From Cenococcum geophilum (lineage: Eukaryota), in the NCBI GenBank assembly GCA_050273025.1, contig CP158636.1:6014001-6078000 (forward strand): a stretch of 64,000 nucleotides of DNA. The letters are read 5' to 3'. Every line of letters begins with the position of its first letter. Within the stretch, counting starts at the first letter, position 1. The notes under the pieces are model-generated. The model ran no database searches, was not told where the DNA came from, and saw only the letters and a program-made list of their open reading frames with translations. The position numbers and the translations under genes were made by a program. Positions 38,132 to 49,405 of this stretch are shown piece by piece.

Positions 38132-40431
38132 CTATTGCCCTGGAAACCTGTTGCCCTGGAAACCGGCCGCCCCTAGCTACCCTTTATTCTGTATATAGAC
38201 CTGAAACGTATTAAAAGTCTGATATGAAACGGGCTGTTTTGTTTTAATAAACTTAAACATGTATTAGTTTCGGTTTCAGGTGTTTCTATATAACACTGAG
38301 CAGAGCAATACAAACTTCTTACCAAATATTTCCAGACTGAAGCTGTCACACAAGAGCTGACGGTAACCGGCGGTATGAGCCCGCAGTATGTCAATGACAC
38401 TATCAAACTATTCACAACGACTACTGTCGACCTGAATCGAAGTTCCTTACTACCATCGTAATACTGTCTGACGACCTAGATCGTCTATACGAACTATGTC
38501 TCAGTTGTCTCGTATCTTGAGCTCGTATGTCTTATCGAACGTCTCATTACCTGTTTCTCTTAACTATGACCTACTACATGACGACGTCGTCGTTATTGTA
38601 TTTGGGACCTACCTAATGTATATAAGAGAGCTTCTAGAGCCCTCTTTAATAAAACAGAGTTCTCATTTCTAATCGTCCGTTTAACAGTTATAAGCCTAGG
38701 CCGTCTACTACATCATCTTTAATTCCAAAGCCTTTATTCCCATTAATTTTAATTATTATCTTAATTGTAGATAACTACCTATAATAACTTCTCAACAAGA
38801 AATCCCTCCCATTATTATATCATCCGTTATCCTTATAAGCCTAAATAATTAGGATAAATGGATTAAGGTTATTAAGTTAAAAGCGAATAATAATCGTCTC
38901 TAGAAGTATATTAACCTATTAATACCTAAGACTGATCTGCTATAGCTTAAAGAACCTATTTATGCCTTATCTAAAGATGCTAATAGCTAGGGGAAGATGA
39001 AGCTCGCGGACCTAGATAAGAAGGAGAAGGAGGAGCTCTATATGCTTAAAGCCGACTATAGGGATAATATAAAGCTATATAGAAAACAGCTATTAGCTCT
39101 TAATACGTTGCGTAGCTATATCCTAAGCTCTATCTTATATACCTACCTTATCTATATATTTAAATGCACCACTACCTATAACGTCTTAGTATCTATTAAG
39201 AAGAGAATTACTCCGACTAACTACGCCTAAAAGCTTTAAATAGCTACTCAATATATAAGGCTTAAGAAGGTGCCTTAGAACTAAAACTTTAAGATCTAGT
39301 TATAAGAGTAAAAGAAGGTATATATAGAGTGCAAGAAGCAAGCTCTACCTAAGGTAGATAGTAATTATTTAGTAAAAGACTTCGTATATATAGTTAAATT
39401 AATTATACTAAGCTAGTTAGAATATTGGAAGAATAAGCTTAATAAGCGTAAGTAGGAGAAAAAGACGCTTCCTACCTTCTTTAAACTAGTTAAAATATAC
39501 TAAAACCACCGTTATATAGACCTCGCCTAGAAGGGCAAAACCCTATAAGGAAGATCCTTTAGAGTTACCTTTAAAGATAAGTTACTAAATTTAAAGCCTA
39601 AATTAAAGCCTTAATTGTTAGTAGATAAGTAGAAGAAGGAAAGGCAACTGCCGCTAGAGTACCTATATGGAAAGCGTTACTACTTTAACAAATGCTAGTA
39701 TATTATAGAGTTAATTCCTTACCTATTATGGTTTAAACTAAGTAACAAAATTCAGAAGAAGGTAGATAAGAAGATTACTAATATAACGCCCGAAATTAAG
39801 GCTTATATTAAGCAAATTAAAAAGGATAATTAAGCTAATAAGAAGGACGATTAAGCTAATAAAAAGCCAAAGGAAGGTAGTAATTAGAGCTTATAAGGGC
39901 CTACTAGAAACTTTATAGTTTATTATATAGGATCTAATAATATAACTTCTAATTATAAGCTTTGTAATAGTATAATTCTTAACTTAGAAACTAGCCTATA
40001 TATCTTTAACAATAGAGCTAGGTTTATTAGCGATATTAAGCCTATAATAGAACGCGTAGGCTATAGTATAGCTATAGTCACAATTAATAACCTAAAAGGG
40101 AAGAGATAGATATAGCTCTTAGGAGCAGCCTTTATACTAGGCTTCTATACTAACTTAGTATATCTTAATAAGCTTAATAATAAGGGAGTCTACTAGAATA
40201 ATAAAGAGAACACTCTCTTCTATAGCGACAACAAGACGTACGCCTACTGTGGCCGCCACTATAGTTAAAACACCATTAAATATAATAAGCCAAAAAGTAA
40301 CTTACCTAAGGCTTTATTTGCGACTCAATTAAAGCCAATAAAGTATTTATTAAAGCCTCTACTAAATTAGGCAGAAGGCTATATATAGTACTAGTAAATA
40401 GGCTATATAGAAAAAGATGTAATTAAGTAAC

Positions 40432-40875
40432 TGTAACGTGGCCCGCCTCTACGTCGCCATACGGCCAAAAAGACTAAGAGTGCTTGCGAACTTGTCGCAA
40501 GCGCGGCGGGACCTAATATATATACTCTTACAATTGCCCTCTCCTCTGCGCGCTCGTCCCCGAGCGCGCGCAGGGATTCCTCTATGCACCCATTCCGGGC
40601 CACAGGGATTAAACGCCAAGAGTATCACTATATTAGTTAGTCCCCAGTAACGTAAGCGATCGGACTTAGCCGACCCGCCTTATCGCATAGATGTATATTA
40701 GACTATACTAGAGCGAAGTAACCGATAGGGATCGAACCCATAATACTTGGCCCCAGTAAGTTCGCAAGCACAATTGTAACGTGGCCCGCCTCCACGTCGC
40801 CATACGGCTAAAAAGACTGAGAGTGCTTGCGAACTTGTCGCAAGCGCGGCGGGACCTAATATATATACTCTTATA
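40432..40875 (-). mobile_element. TRIM (terminal-repeat retrotransposon in miniature), 444 bp, non-coding
   Basis: 101-bp LTRs 40432-40532 and 40775-40875 (4 transition differences); TSD GTAAC at 40427-40431 and 40876-40880; minus-strand PPT AGAGGAGAGGG next to the left LTR; 242-bp internal region with no convincing protein-coding capacity. Confidence 0.93.
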
Positions 40876-43800
40876 GTAACTACCTTAGTTAATAACGGGC
40901 GCGATTATAAAAGGCCTAATAATAGTAGAATATAAATTATATGGAGTAAGTAAAGCTTATAAGGTGGTATCTAGAAGACCTCTAACTTAGTCACTAGTTC
41001 CTTTCTATAGAATCTACCTTAATTTAATACCTGGAATAGTTGTATTTAATAGTAATAAGTATACGGTATACTTCCTTAATAACGCAACGCGAATAAATAA
41101 GGTAGAGATAATGGCTAAGAAGTTGTCCCTTACCTAAATTGTTATTAAATATTACAATATTATTAAACGACAATATGGCTTTAAGGTAGCTATTATCTAT
41201 ATAAATAGAGAAATATCTCTTATAGGCAAATTTAAGGAATGGGCAGCTAAATAAGGAATTAGTATTAAAAGATTAGTACCTAATACTTAATCACAGAACG
41301 GTCCAGCGGAATAATCTAGGGGGGTAATTATATAGAAGGCTTGGTGTATAAGAATTAAGGCTTATCTATTAAAGGAGCTATATCCTAAAGTCTATAAAGC
41401 AGCTACCTATCTACTTAATTAAACGCCTAGTAAAAGACTTGGGTAGTAGATACCTTTTAAAAGAATCTAGTTAGCTATGGGTATATTACCACTAAAACTA
41501 TATATAGGCCACCTATAAGTCTACGGCTGTAGGGCCTACCCTCTTAAGTATAATATTTTACGCCTAAATAAGCTCGCGTTAAGGGCCTATATAGGATATC
41601 TAGTAGGATATAATTTAACGAATATATTCCAAATCTACATTCCTAGTTAAAAGAAGGTTATAAGAACCAGAGACGTAAAGTTTAATAAGCGGTTACTTTA
41701 TAATAACTTATAGCCAGATTTAGCGAATATACTCTAAGTTAAAACTAACTAAATATTAGAAATTATTAATGTCTATTAAATATAGGATCTTTAAGATAAA
41801 TTAGAATTGTTATCTAATAAAAGCGATAAGACTTAAGACGAGATTTAAGTTAATACTAAAGGGAGATAATAGGTAGAATCTAGTAGAAATAAGGAAGAGC
41901 CTAATATTAAAAGTAGTAAGTAACAAGATTTAAGCTCCAAAAATAACTTAGCTTTAGGGCTTCCTACCCTAAATAAGATACTAGAACCTAACTTACTGGA
42001 GCCTCTACTACCATCCTTAAATACCTTAGTAAAAAAGCCGCATTATATCCTAGTTCCGACTAATAAAGCTAAGCTAAAAAAGAAGATTAATAGCAATATA
42101 GGAGAGCAAAATATAGTTAAAGGAAAGAGACTTAAAGGACAATTAAAGATCTATATAGGCTTTCTTGCTAATATCACTAACCAGAGCCTTCTAGCTTAAA
42201 AATTAGCCTTTAATATAGGGCTTATATTTCACAAAAAGCTATACCGTAATTAGCTCCCACCGCCGCCTAGGAATTAAAAGGAGCTTTAAAGATATTAATA
42301 TAAGGAAGAATTCGCGGCTGCTGCTTAGAAGAAGTATATAGACCTTTAAAATTGAGGAACGTTTTAAGTCGTTAACGAGATAATCTATATTAAAACCGTA
42401 CCTATTATCTAGGTATTTATATATAAAACTAATATTAACGGATATCTAACGAGATTTAAAGCTTATCTTTACGTATAAGGTAATCTGCAAGAGTTAGTTT
42501 ATAAGAACACCTATACCGCAACTTTAGCAGTAAGATCGTTTAGAGCCTTAATAGCTATTATTGTAATATTTAACCTAGACTGCTAGTAAGGCAACGCTAT
42601 TAATATATTTGTAAATAGTATAATTAACGAGGTTGTATACGTCAAGTATTTAGATAAATTTTTAGTTAAGGGTAAGTGCCTACTTCTCCAAAGAGCGCTT
42701 TACGGATTAAGGCGATTACCTCTGCTATAGCACGGTAACTTAACAACAACGCTAAAAAAAGGAAGGCTTAAAGCTAGTAGCGGAGGAACCTTACCTATAT
42801 CACAATAATTGGCTAATAGTCTTCTTCTATATTAACAATATTATAGCTATATTTAGGAAGAAAGATCTACTTAAGCTTTAAACCTTTAAGGAGCACCTTA
42901 TAAGAAAGTATAAGATAAAGAACCTAGGTAACCTTACCTGGTTCTTAAATTTTTAAATTATCCGTAATAGAAAGAATAGGAAGCTCTAGCTTAGCTAGGA
43001 TTCCTATATTAATAAAATTATAATAAGCTTTAAAGTTAAAGATTATCGCAAAATATATATACTAATAGGTATTAAGGAACTTAAGCCTAATCTAGAGCAA
43101 GCCTCTAAGTAGGATACCTACGCCTATTAGAGGAAAGTTGGATCTATACTTTATATAGCTAATATTACTTATCTAGATATAGTAAAAACAGTAAGTAAGC
43201 TATTAGAATTCTTATAAAATCCGTTACTAATTTACGACGCAGCTGCTATAAGGGCAATTGCCTACCTTAATTAAACTAAAACTCTTATAATTAAGTACTT
43301 AAAGGAGAATATAATAAACCAGATCTTTATAAGGGCTAGTAATATATTATTTAGCGATAACCTAGTAAGTAGAAAGAGTATAGAAGGTTATTATCGGTAT
43401 ACTCGCTTTATTAACGTGCACGAATATCACTTATAGTGGTACGTATGCGGTATTGAAGTTAGTAGTTAATTGTTGTCTAGAAGAAAGGGGTTGCTCTAAG
43501 GTTAGATAGTTAGTCTTACTTTATAGTCCTATAACTACGTCACGTAATTAATATTCCAACACTAGAGCAACTCTAAAAAGAAGGCTAATCTACACTCCAA
43601 AGTTAAGTCTTCTAGACTACTCGTAATATATACGCGATAGTGACTTTCTGCCGAATTCTACCGTATTACCGAATTCTGCCAAATTCTGCCGAACCTAACT
43701 TCTGCTAACCAATTAGGATTTTCCATCCCCGGGATAGAAAATCGCTATTAGCTTGCTTAGTACTAGCGCCAACACTAAACCAAAGTTAAATCCGTTCGCT

Positions 43801-46800
43801 TAACCCACCCTACAGCTCGTAATTCAACTTAATTCGTGTTAATAAGCTATAATAGTGCCGTATAGGGCTTACCCTTTATTATAGCGTCCGTAGAGTTAGT
43901 ATCTCCATTAATCTACTTAACTTTAGTAATCTATCTTCGTTTATAAGCTTAGCAAAGGCATATTATATTAATTATTAAGCGTTTCTCTTACGTAGTTCCT
44001 AGTTGGATAAGATAGTTATATAAAGACTTTAAATTAGTATAGAGAATAAGTAGTAAGTTAACCTATAAGACCTTATCTAGCGTGGATTTAATTACAGCGC
44101 CTATGTTGAAACTATATGCTATGCCGTATAACTCTAAGGCTAATACACTCCTAGTAACTCTTTTACACTTAATTAAGGACTAGTAGACAATATTTACCTT
44201 ATTTAAGGCGTCTGCTAGTATAAGTACGTAGCCGATTTGCGAAGATAAGTCCTTATTATTAGTAAAGGAAGCGTCTGTAAATACTAGGAGTTATAAGGTA
44301 TTAACGTCTAGCTTAATAAACTTTAGGCCTCTATTTACGTTCTTAATCTACTAGCTTAATTGCTTATTAAGACTCTTTATATTATCTTTAACTAGGTTAA
44401 TTACCTAGGTAGTAAAGGATAGGTTAAATAAGGCCTTTAGCTGACAGACTAAGGCAATATAGGCTCCTCTAGCGCGTTAAGCGATATACTAGTCCTTTAG
44501 CATAAGTAGGCCACGCGTAACTCCTCTAAAGCTAGTGCTGTCTACTAGCGTAGTATTAACCACACTAAGGTTCTTACACTAGCGCTTTTACGTTAGCGTA
44601 ATACTTCTATCTTATATTAATTAAATAAGTCCTTTGTTAAACTTAATTAGTATATTAGCGGTTAATTGCTCTCGCTCTTTAGCCATAAATTTAGCCTTAT
44701 ATAGTTCGCTTTATTCAGCCTCTATAAAGGTATTATCTGCGAGGAATAGTATATTATTAGTTTATAAGCCGACAATTCTAAAAGGCTTGTCGCTGTAGAG
44801 CAAGTAAGGGTTATACGTGGACTAGTCTATTCGCAGCTAATTAACATAGTATAAATAGTAGGTTTTAAACCAGTAGTTTCCAGCTTTAGGTACTCCGTAA
44901 AGTGGCTTTATAACCTTTAAAACGGAGTCTATATTAATTCCTAATTATTTATTTAGCTTATGTGGTAGTCGTATATAGAACTTGCGGTTTAGGTTTATAG
45001 TAGACTAGACATAGGCTTATGAGATGTCTTGGAGGTAGAGTTATATCTATAGTAGCATAGCAGCGATATAGAGAATCAGCCGCTAGCTAACTTGTTAAAT
45101 TATTAGTGACTAAGTAAGGACCAGCTCTTTCTCTAAGTCATTATAGGCCTATATAACGAGTCGTAATTTCTTAAAGGCTTTATTAGTTCCCTTATTCTTA
45201 ATCTTATTAATAAACTATAAATTAAAGAGTCTGACCCCCTTTGGTATATCGTGTAATTTAATAATCTTAAAGACGCCTTTCTTAAGTAGGCCTATGACCT
45301 CCTTTTGTTATAAAGCGCTAAATTAGGTGTTACTATCGTTCTATAAGTAAATAGTAGTGCCAGCCGTATCTACGGTATCATCGTCCTGTAAGTAAATAGC
45401 GATATCTATAATATCCGCAATATCCGCAATATCACTCGTAAAAGTGTCTATATCTATCGTAGCATCTATAACAGTTGTGTCTGCAACAGCTATAAGCAAT
45501 AGGTATTTACGGGGGCGACCTCTACCTTACTTTAGCGGTAGCTATAGTTTAGCCTTAGGTAACGATTAAGGTTTAGCTAGTAAAGGTACTAGTTTATCTA
45601 ATTTAGCAGACTTTTATGGTTCGACTAGGTCTTATAGGTCTAGTAGGTAAGGTTTTACAACTATAGAGCGGAAGGTCATAGGCCTATTTAGTAGCTTTAC
45701 GGTATAGGTCTTACTGTTAACGGTAAGTAGTATATATAGTCCGTCCCAATAACTACTTTAGCTAGTATTGCCTTCTCTCTAGACTAAGACAGGCGAACTA
45801 GGTAGAAGGCCATAAATAGCGTTAGTTTGTGGTCTATTTTATATATTAAGAGCGTTAGCAATCTATTATTCAGCTTATAGCTTCTAGATTTCCACCATTG
45901 CTTTCTTAATAGCCGCAGCTCGTTATATAACTAAAGGTAATAGTGCGTCCAATTTAACCATTTAGGGGTAGGCTCCAAAGACTAGAAGTGTAGGGACTAG
46001 GCCTTTTGGGCCGGCCGTGTCATTAATAGCTTTAAAGGCCATTTATAGGGCCATCTCCTTACTAATTTCAGGGATTTCAGTCGTAATAATTTAGTAGGCT
46101 TATTATAGCGGGCCGTGGTAGCGTTCTACCATTCTAATGGAATTATATAATTCGACTAGAACCAACTTTATAGTTGCTCCTATAGTAGCTATATAGTGCT
46201 TAAACTCCTTACTAACAAAGTTCTTCTTAGCGTCTATAGTAATTAAGTTTAGTAGTCCTAAATAGCTGTCAATCTAGCATATTTAAAGAATATCCTAAGT
46301 ATACTTGGCGCTAATATCTCGTAGCTATCTACTAGCTTAAAATTAAGTTGCTTCGTCGACTATATATAGTAGGGGGGAGCCGCTAATATATATAATGTTA
46401 ACGATAATATTATAATTAAAATTAACGTCGTCTTATAAGGTAAAGTAAAATCTACCTAGGGGTCTACTAAACTTCTAGCAGTGGTGGTAGAGTCTAGTTA
46501 GTTCTTCAATAGCAGATCTGTTAGTGTTATAGCCGTAGCCAGCCTTATTAAGAAGCTTTTACAGTCTATTAACTAACGGGTAACCAAATTAACAGTATAG
46601 ACGTCGTAGTTCTACGTCAGTTAAGTAGTAAGGGTTTATATTAAAAGACTTAACTAAATAAGACTGTAGGGAGAAGCTCTATAGGAGAAATAGGTGGCCA
46701 AATTATCTAACTACTAGCACCTTTTTAGTGCGAGTAATAATGACGTCTTTTAGGTTATTGTATTTAATATAGAGTTTATCTATATCTGCTAAGCAAAGTA

Positions 46801-48899
46801 GGAAAGGAGTATCTGCTTTAATAATATAGAATTATACCTTGCCTATAGGGCTGTTAACGTCTATAGTTTTAATAAACGTAGAGGCTCCAATCCCAAATTA
46901 GATAGTTACTTAGCCCTTAGTTAAGATATTAAGACTTACGGACTTATCTACGGCCTATAGAGCTTAGAATTAACTATAGCCAGCTATAGACTTATATAAA
47001 GCACCCGTATTAATTATAATTCCCATAAAGACCGTCAAGGTGTATCGTGACGCTGTGGCTGTAGCCGTACTATAGGCAAATGGGTCGGTCTCCGTGTAAG
47101 GTTCCGTAGTAGACTCCGTAGTAAGTTCTAAAGCTGTAAGCAGGTGTGTACAAGCCTTACTAGCTAGCTCTACGCTTATAGAGGTTGCTTCCTCCGTAGT
47201 AAGTATTCTAAAAGTAGTAATATAGGTAGAACTATCGTTAGGTTCTCCAGCATCGCTCCTAGAGTCGTCAGCGTCTTATATATAGGCTTTAAAGTCTAAA
47301 TCATTATCTTTATCTCTTTCGCAAGCAGCAACGTATTACTTAAAGTGGTTGTTAAAGTTGCCCTTATTGCGGCCCTTAATATTAATAAAGCGTCTTTTAT
47401 AGTCATCTCTAGACCAATTACGCTCCTCCTTTATATATTTCCATAAACGGCAGTCCTCCTTCTTGCAGATATAGCACTTGGCCTTTAGTCTACCATTAGT
47501 TCTATAAGAGCAATTACTACTATAGCAATTAGTGTTTCGGTCTCGACTTTAGTCATTCTAATAGTAGCGTCAATCTATAAAAAAGGCTTAGTAAGACGGT
47601 CTCATTAAGGCCTATAAGGGGTGTTCTTTTTCCTATATAATAATAGAGGATTATAGTTTACTAATTAACTAAGAGAGGTCTTCTAAGGGGTTAGAGACAG
47701 TAATACGGCATACTAGTACTCCCTGGCAAGCAGTAACTAACTTATTTATAAGAATGCGGTTTATACGGAAGTCTAGGTATAGTCTATAACGTTGCTTTAG
47801 CAGTTTATTTATAAGCAGTTAGAAGTTCTAATAGATTAACTTATTAGGGTTCTCGTCCATAACTTCTTAAAGGGTTATACTATTCTACTCTATAAGGTTC
47901 TTACGGTAGTATTCTAGCCCTTTAAAAAACTGTCGCATATAGTTATAGGCTTTAGTAAAAGGTCTTAACTTAAGGTTACTATTATAGTAGTGGTCCTAAG
48001 TAAGCCCTTTTAGTATACTAGGGAATGCTACTATATAGCCTTCTAGTGGCAAGCCAGATCTCTTGTAGATATTATAGAAGATAGTTAACTTAAAGTTAAA
48101 GCTATTACTAACTCCATTATACTTTTAGTTATCTATGTAGATCTTTATAATTATAGCCACCTCTTTACTATATCTAGGTCCTTGTCTAGGTCCTTACTCC
48201 ACACTAGGCATAGCTAGTTTAGGTAGTATATATATGTGTAGCTGCTACGGTTGCTGCGGCTGCTATAGCTGCTATAGTTGCTGTTCTCTTAGCCATAGCA
48301 GTTAGTTAATAAGAGCATAGATTTAGTTATAATTGGAGGATTAAGGACTAGGAGGAGTAGTAGGGGTAGTAGGGGCAGCGACCGGAGTAGCTAGTGGTAT
48401 AGTAATTGGAGTAGCTGGCGGTATAGCGATTGGAGTAGCTAGTAGTACAGCGAGCTTATTTAGGGTCGTATTAAGTCGGTCTTACAGAGCCACAGTAATC
48501 ATTGGCTTAATATTATTAAGGGCTAGACCAATCTCTTCGTCTATCCATTTGTGAAACTCTTCTTTATTAGTAATATCCGTTAGTACCTTGCCAAGGGAGT
48601 ATCTCTTATCTTGCTTAATAATATATACTCCTCTCTTAACTAGGTATTTACGGATTCCCATTTTAGTATTAGATCGTACTTATATAAAGATCTCTAGTAT
48701 AAAGTCCTTAAAGTCTTCCTAAAACACTATCCACAATAAAGAGTCTGTAAGGTTGGATTGTGTGTATAGGTACATCTTAGTCTCCATATACTCCGCTAGA
48801 TTGTTATCTATAGCCGTCTCTAAGTCGATTCCGTTGCCGTATTTAGCAATTCTTTCCTTCTAGTCAATTTCTATATTGTTATATTTTCGTGTATATTTA

Positions 48900-49035
48900 G
48901 TTTAAGGTTAAGTAGAGGTTCTAGAGGTTTAAGTTTAAGGTTAAGGTTTAAGGTTAGGGTTAAGGTTGAGGTTAAGGTTGAGGTTAAGGGTTATATTGAG
49001 GCCAGGGGTGTAGTTAAGGTTAAGGTTAAGGGTGT
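48900..49035. repeat. Degenerate hexamer array (GGTTRA)n inside Copia B
   Basis: Mixed ggttaa/ggttga units; CCTCAA (Pro-Gln) on the element's coding strand before RIP. Confidence 0.7.
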
Positions 49036-49104
49036 AAAGGTATATACGTATCCTATTAACAAATTTACAGTTCTTAGACACTATAGACAATTCTTAGCAG
49101 AGAT

Positions 49105-49405
49105 ATGGTCCTCTAGGCGATTTAACGCGTTAATAGTTAAGTTAATACGTGGTTTTAAGCTTTAAGGGTCCTCTAGGCGATCTAGCGTATTAGCGAGCTA
49201 ATACGTGGTCTTAAGCTTTAAGGATAACGTAGCTCTCTCTAAGTAAAGATATGGTTCTCTAGGCAATCTAATACATTAGCAGTTAAGCTAATACGTAGTT
49301 TTAAGCTTTAAGGGTAATATAGTTTTCTCCTTTAACTAAAATAGGGCGATAGCTCTGCGATCTAACGCGTTAGTAGTTAAGCTAATATGTGGTTTTAAGC
49401 TTTGC
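49105..49405. repeat. Four degenerate direct repeats (about 55-bp core) in the 5' leader of Copia B
   Basis: Recurring ctctaggcgatctaacgcgttag..gctaatacgtggttttaagcttt core. Confidence 0.75.

Larger units (their letters stand above)
35001..38298 (+). mobile_element. hAT DNA transposon, RIP-inactivated
   Basis: TIRs CAGTGATGTATAGAAAC and CAGTGTTATATAGAAAC; 8-bp TSD AGCAGAGC at 34993-35000 and 38299-38306; subterminal GAAAC/GTTTC repeats. Confidence 0.95.

Noticed and set aside
43489..43573. 9-bp complementarity (GTTGCTCTA/TAGAGCAAC) between the Copia B LTR and adjacent internal sequence as self-priming
   Set aside because: It is at the 3' (PPT) end relative to pol orientation and is short enough to be chance.
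48900..49035. Telomere-like TTAAGG/TTAGGG tract (interstitial telomere?)
   Set aside because: It lies inside Copia B near the gag start, and the mixed GGTTGA/GGTTAA units are explained by RIP of a CCTCAA repeat.
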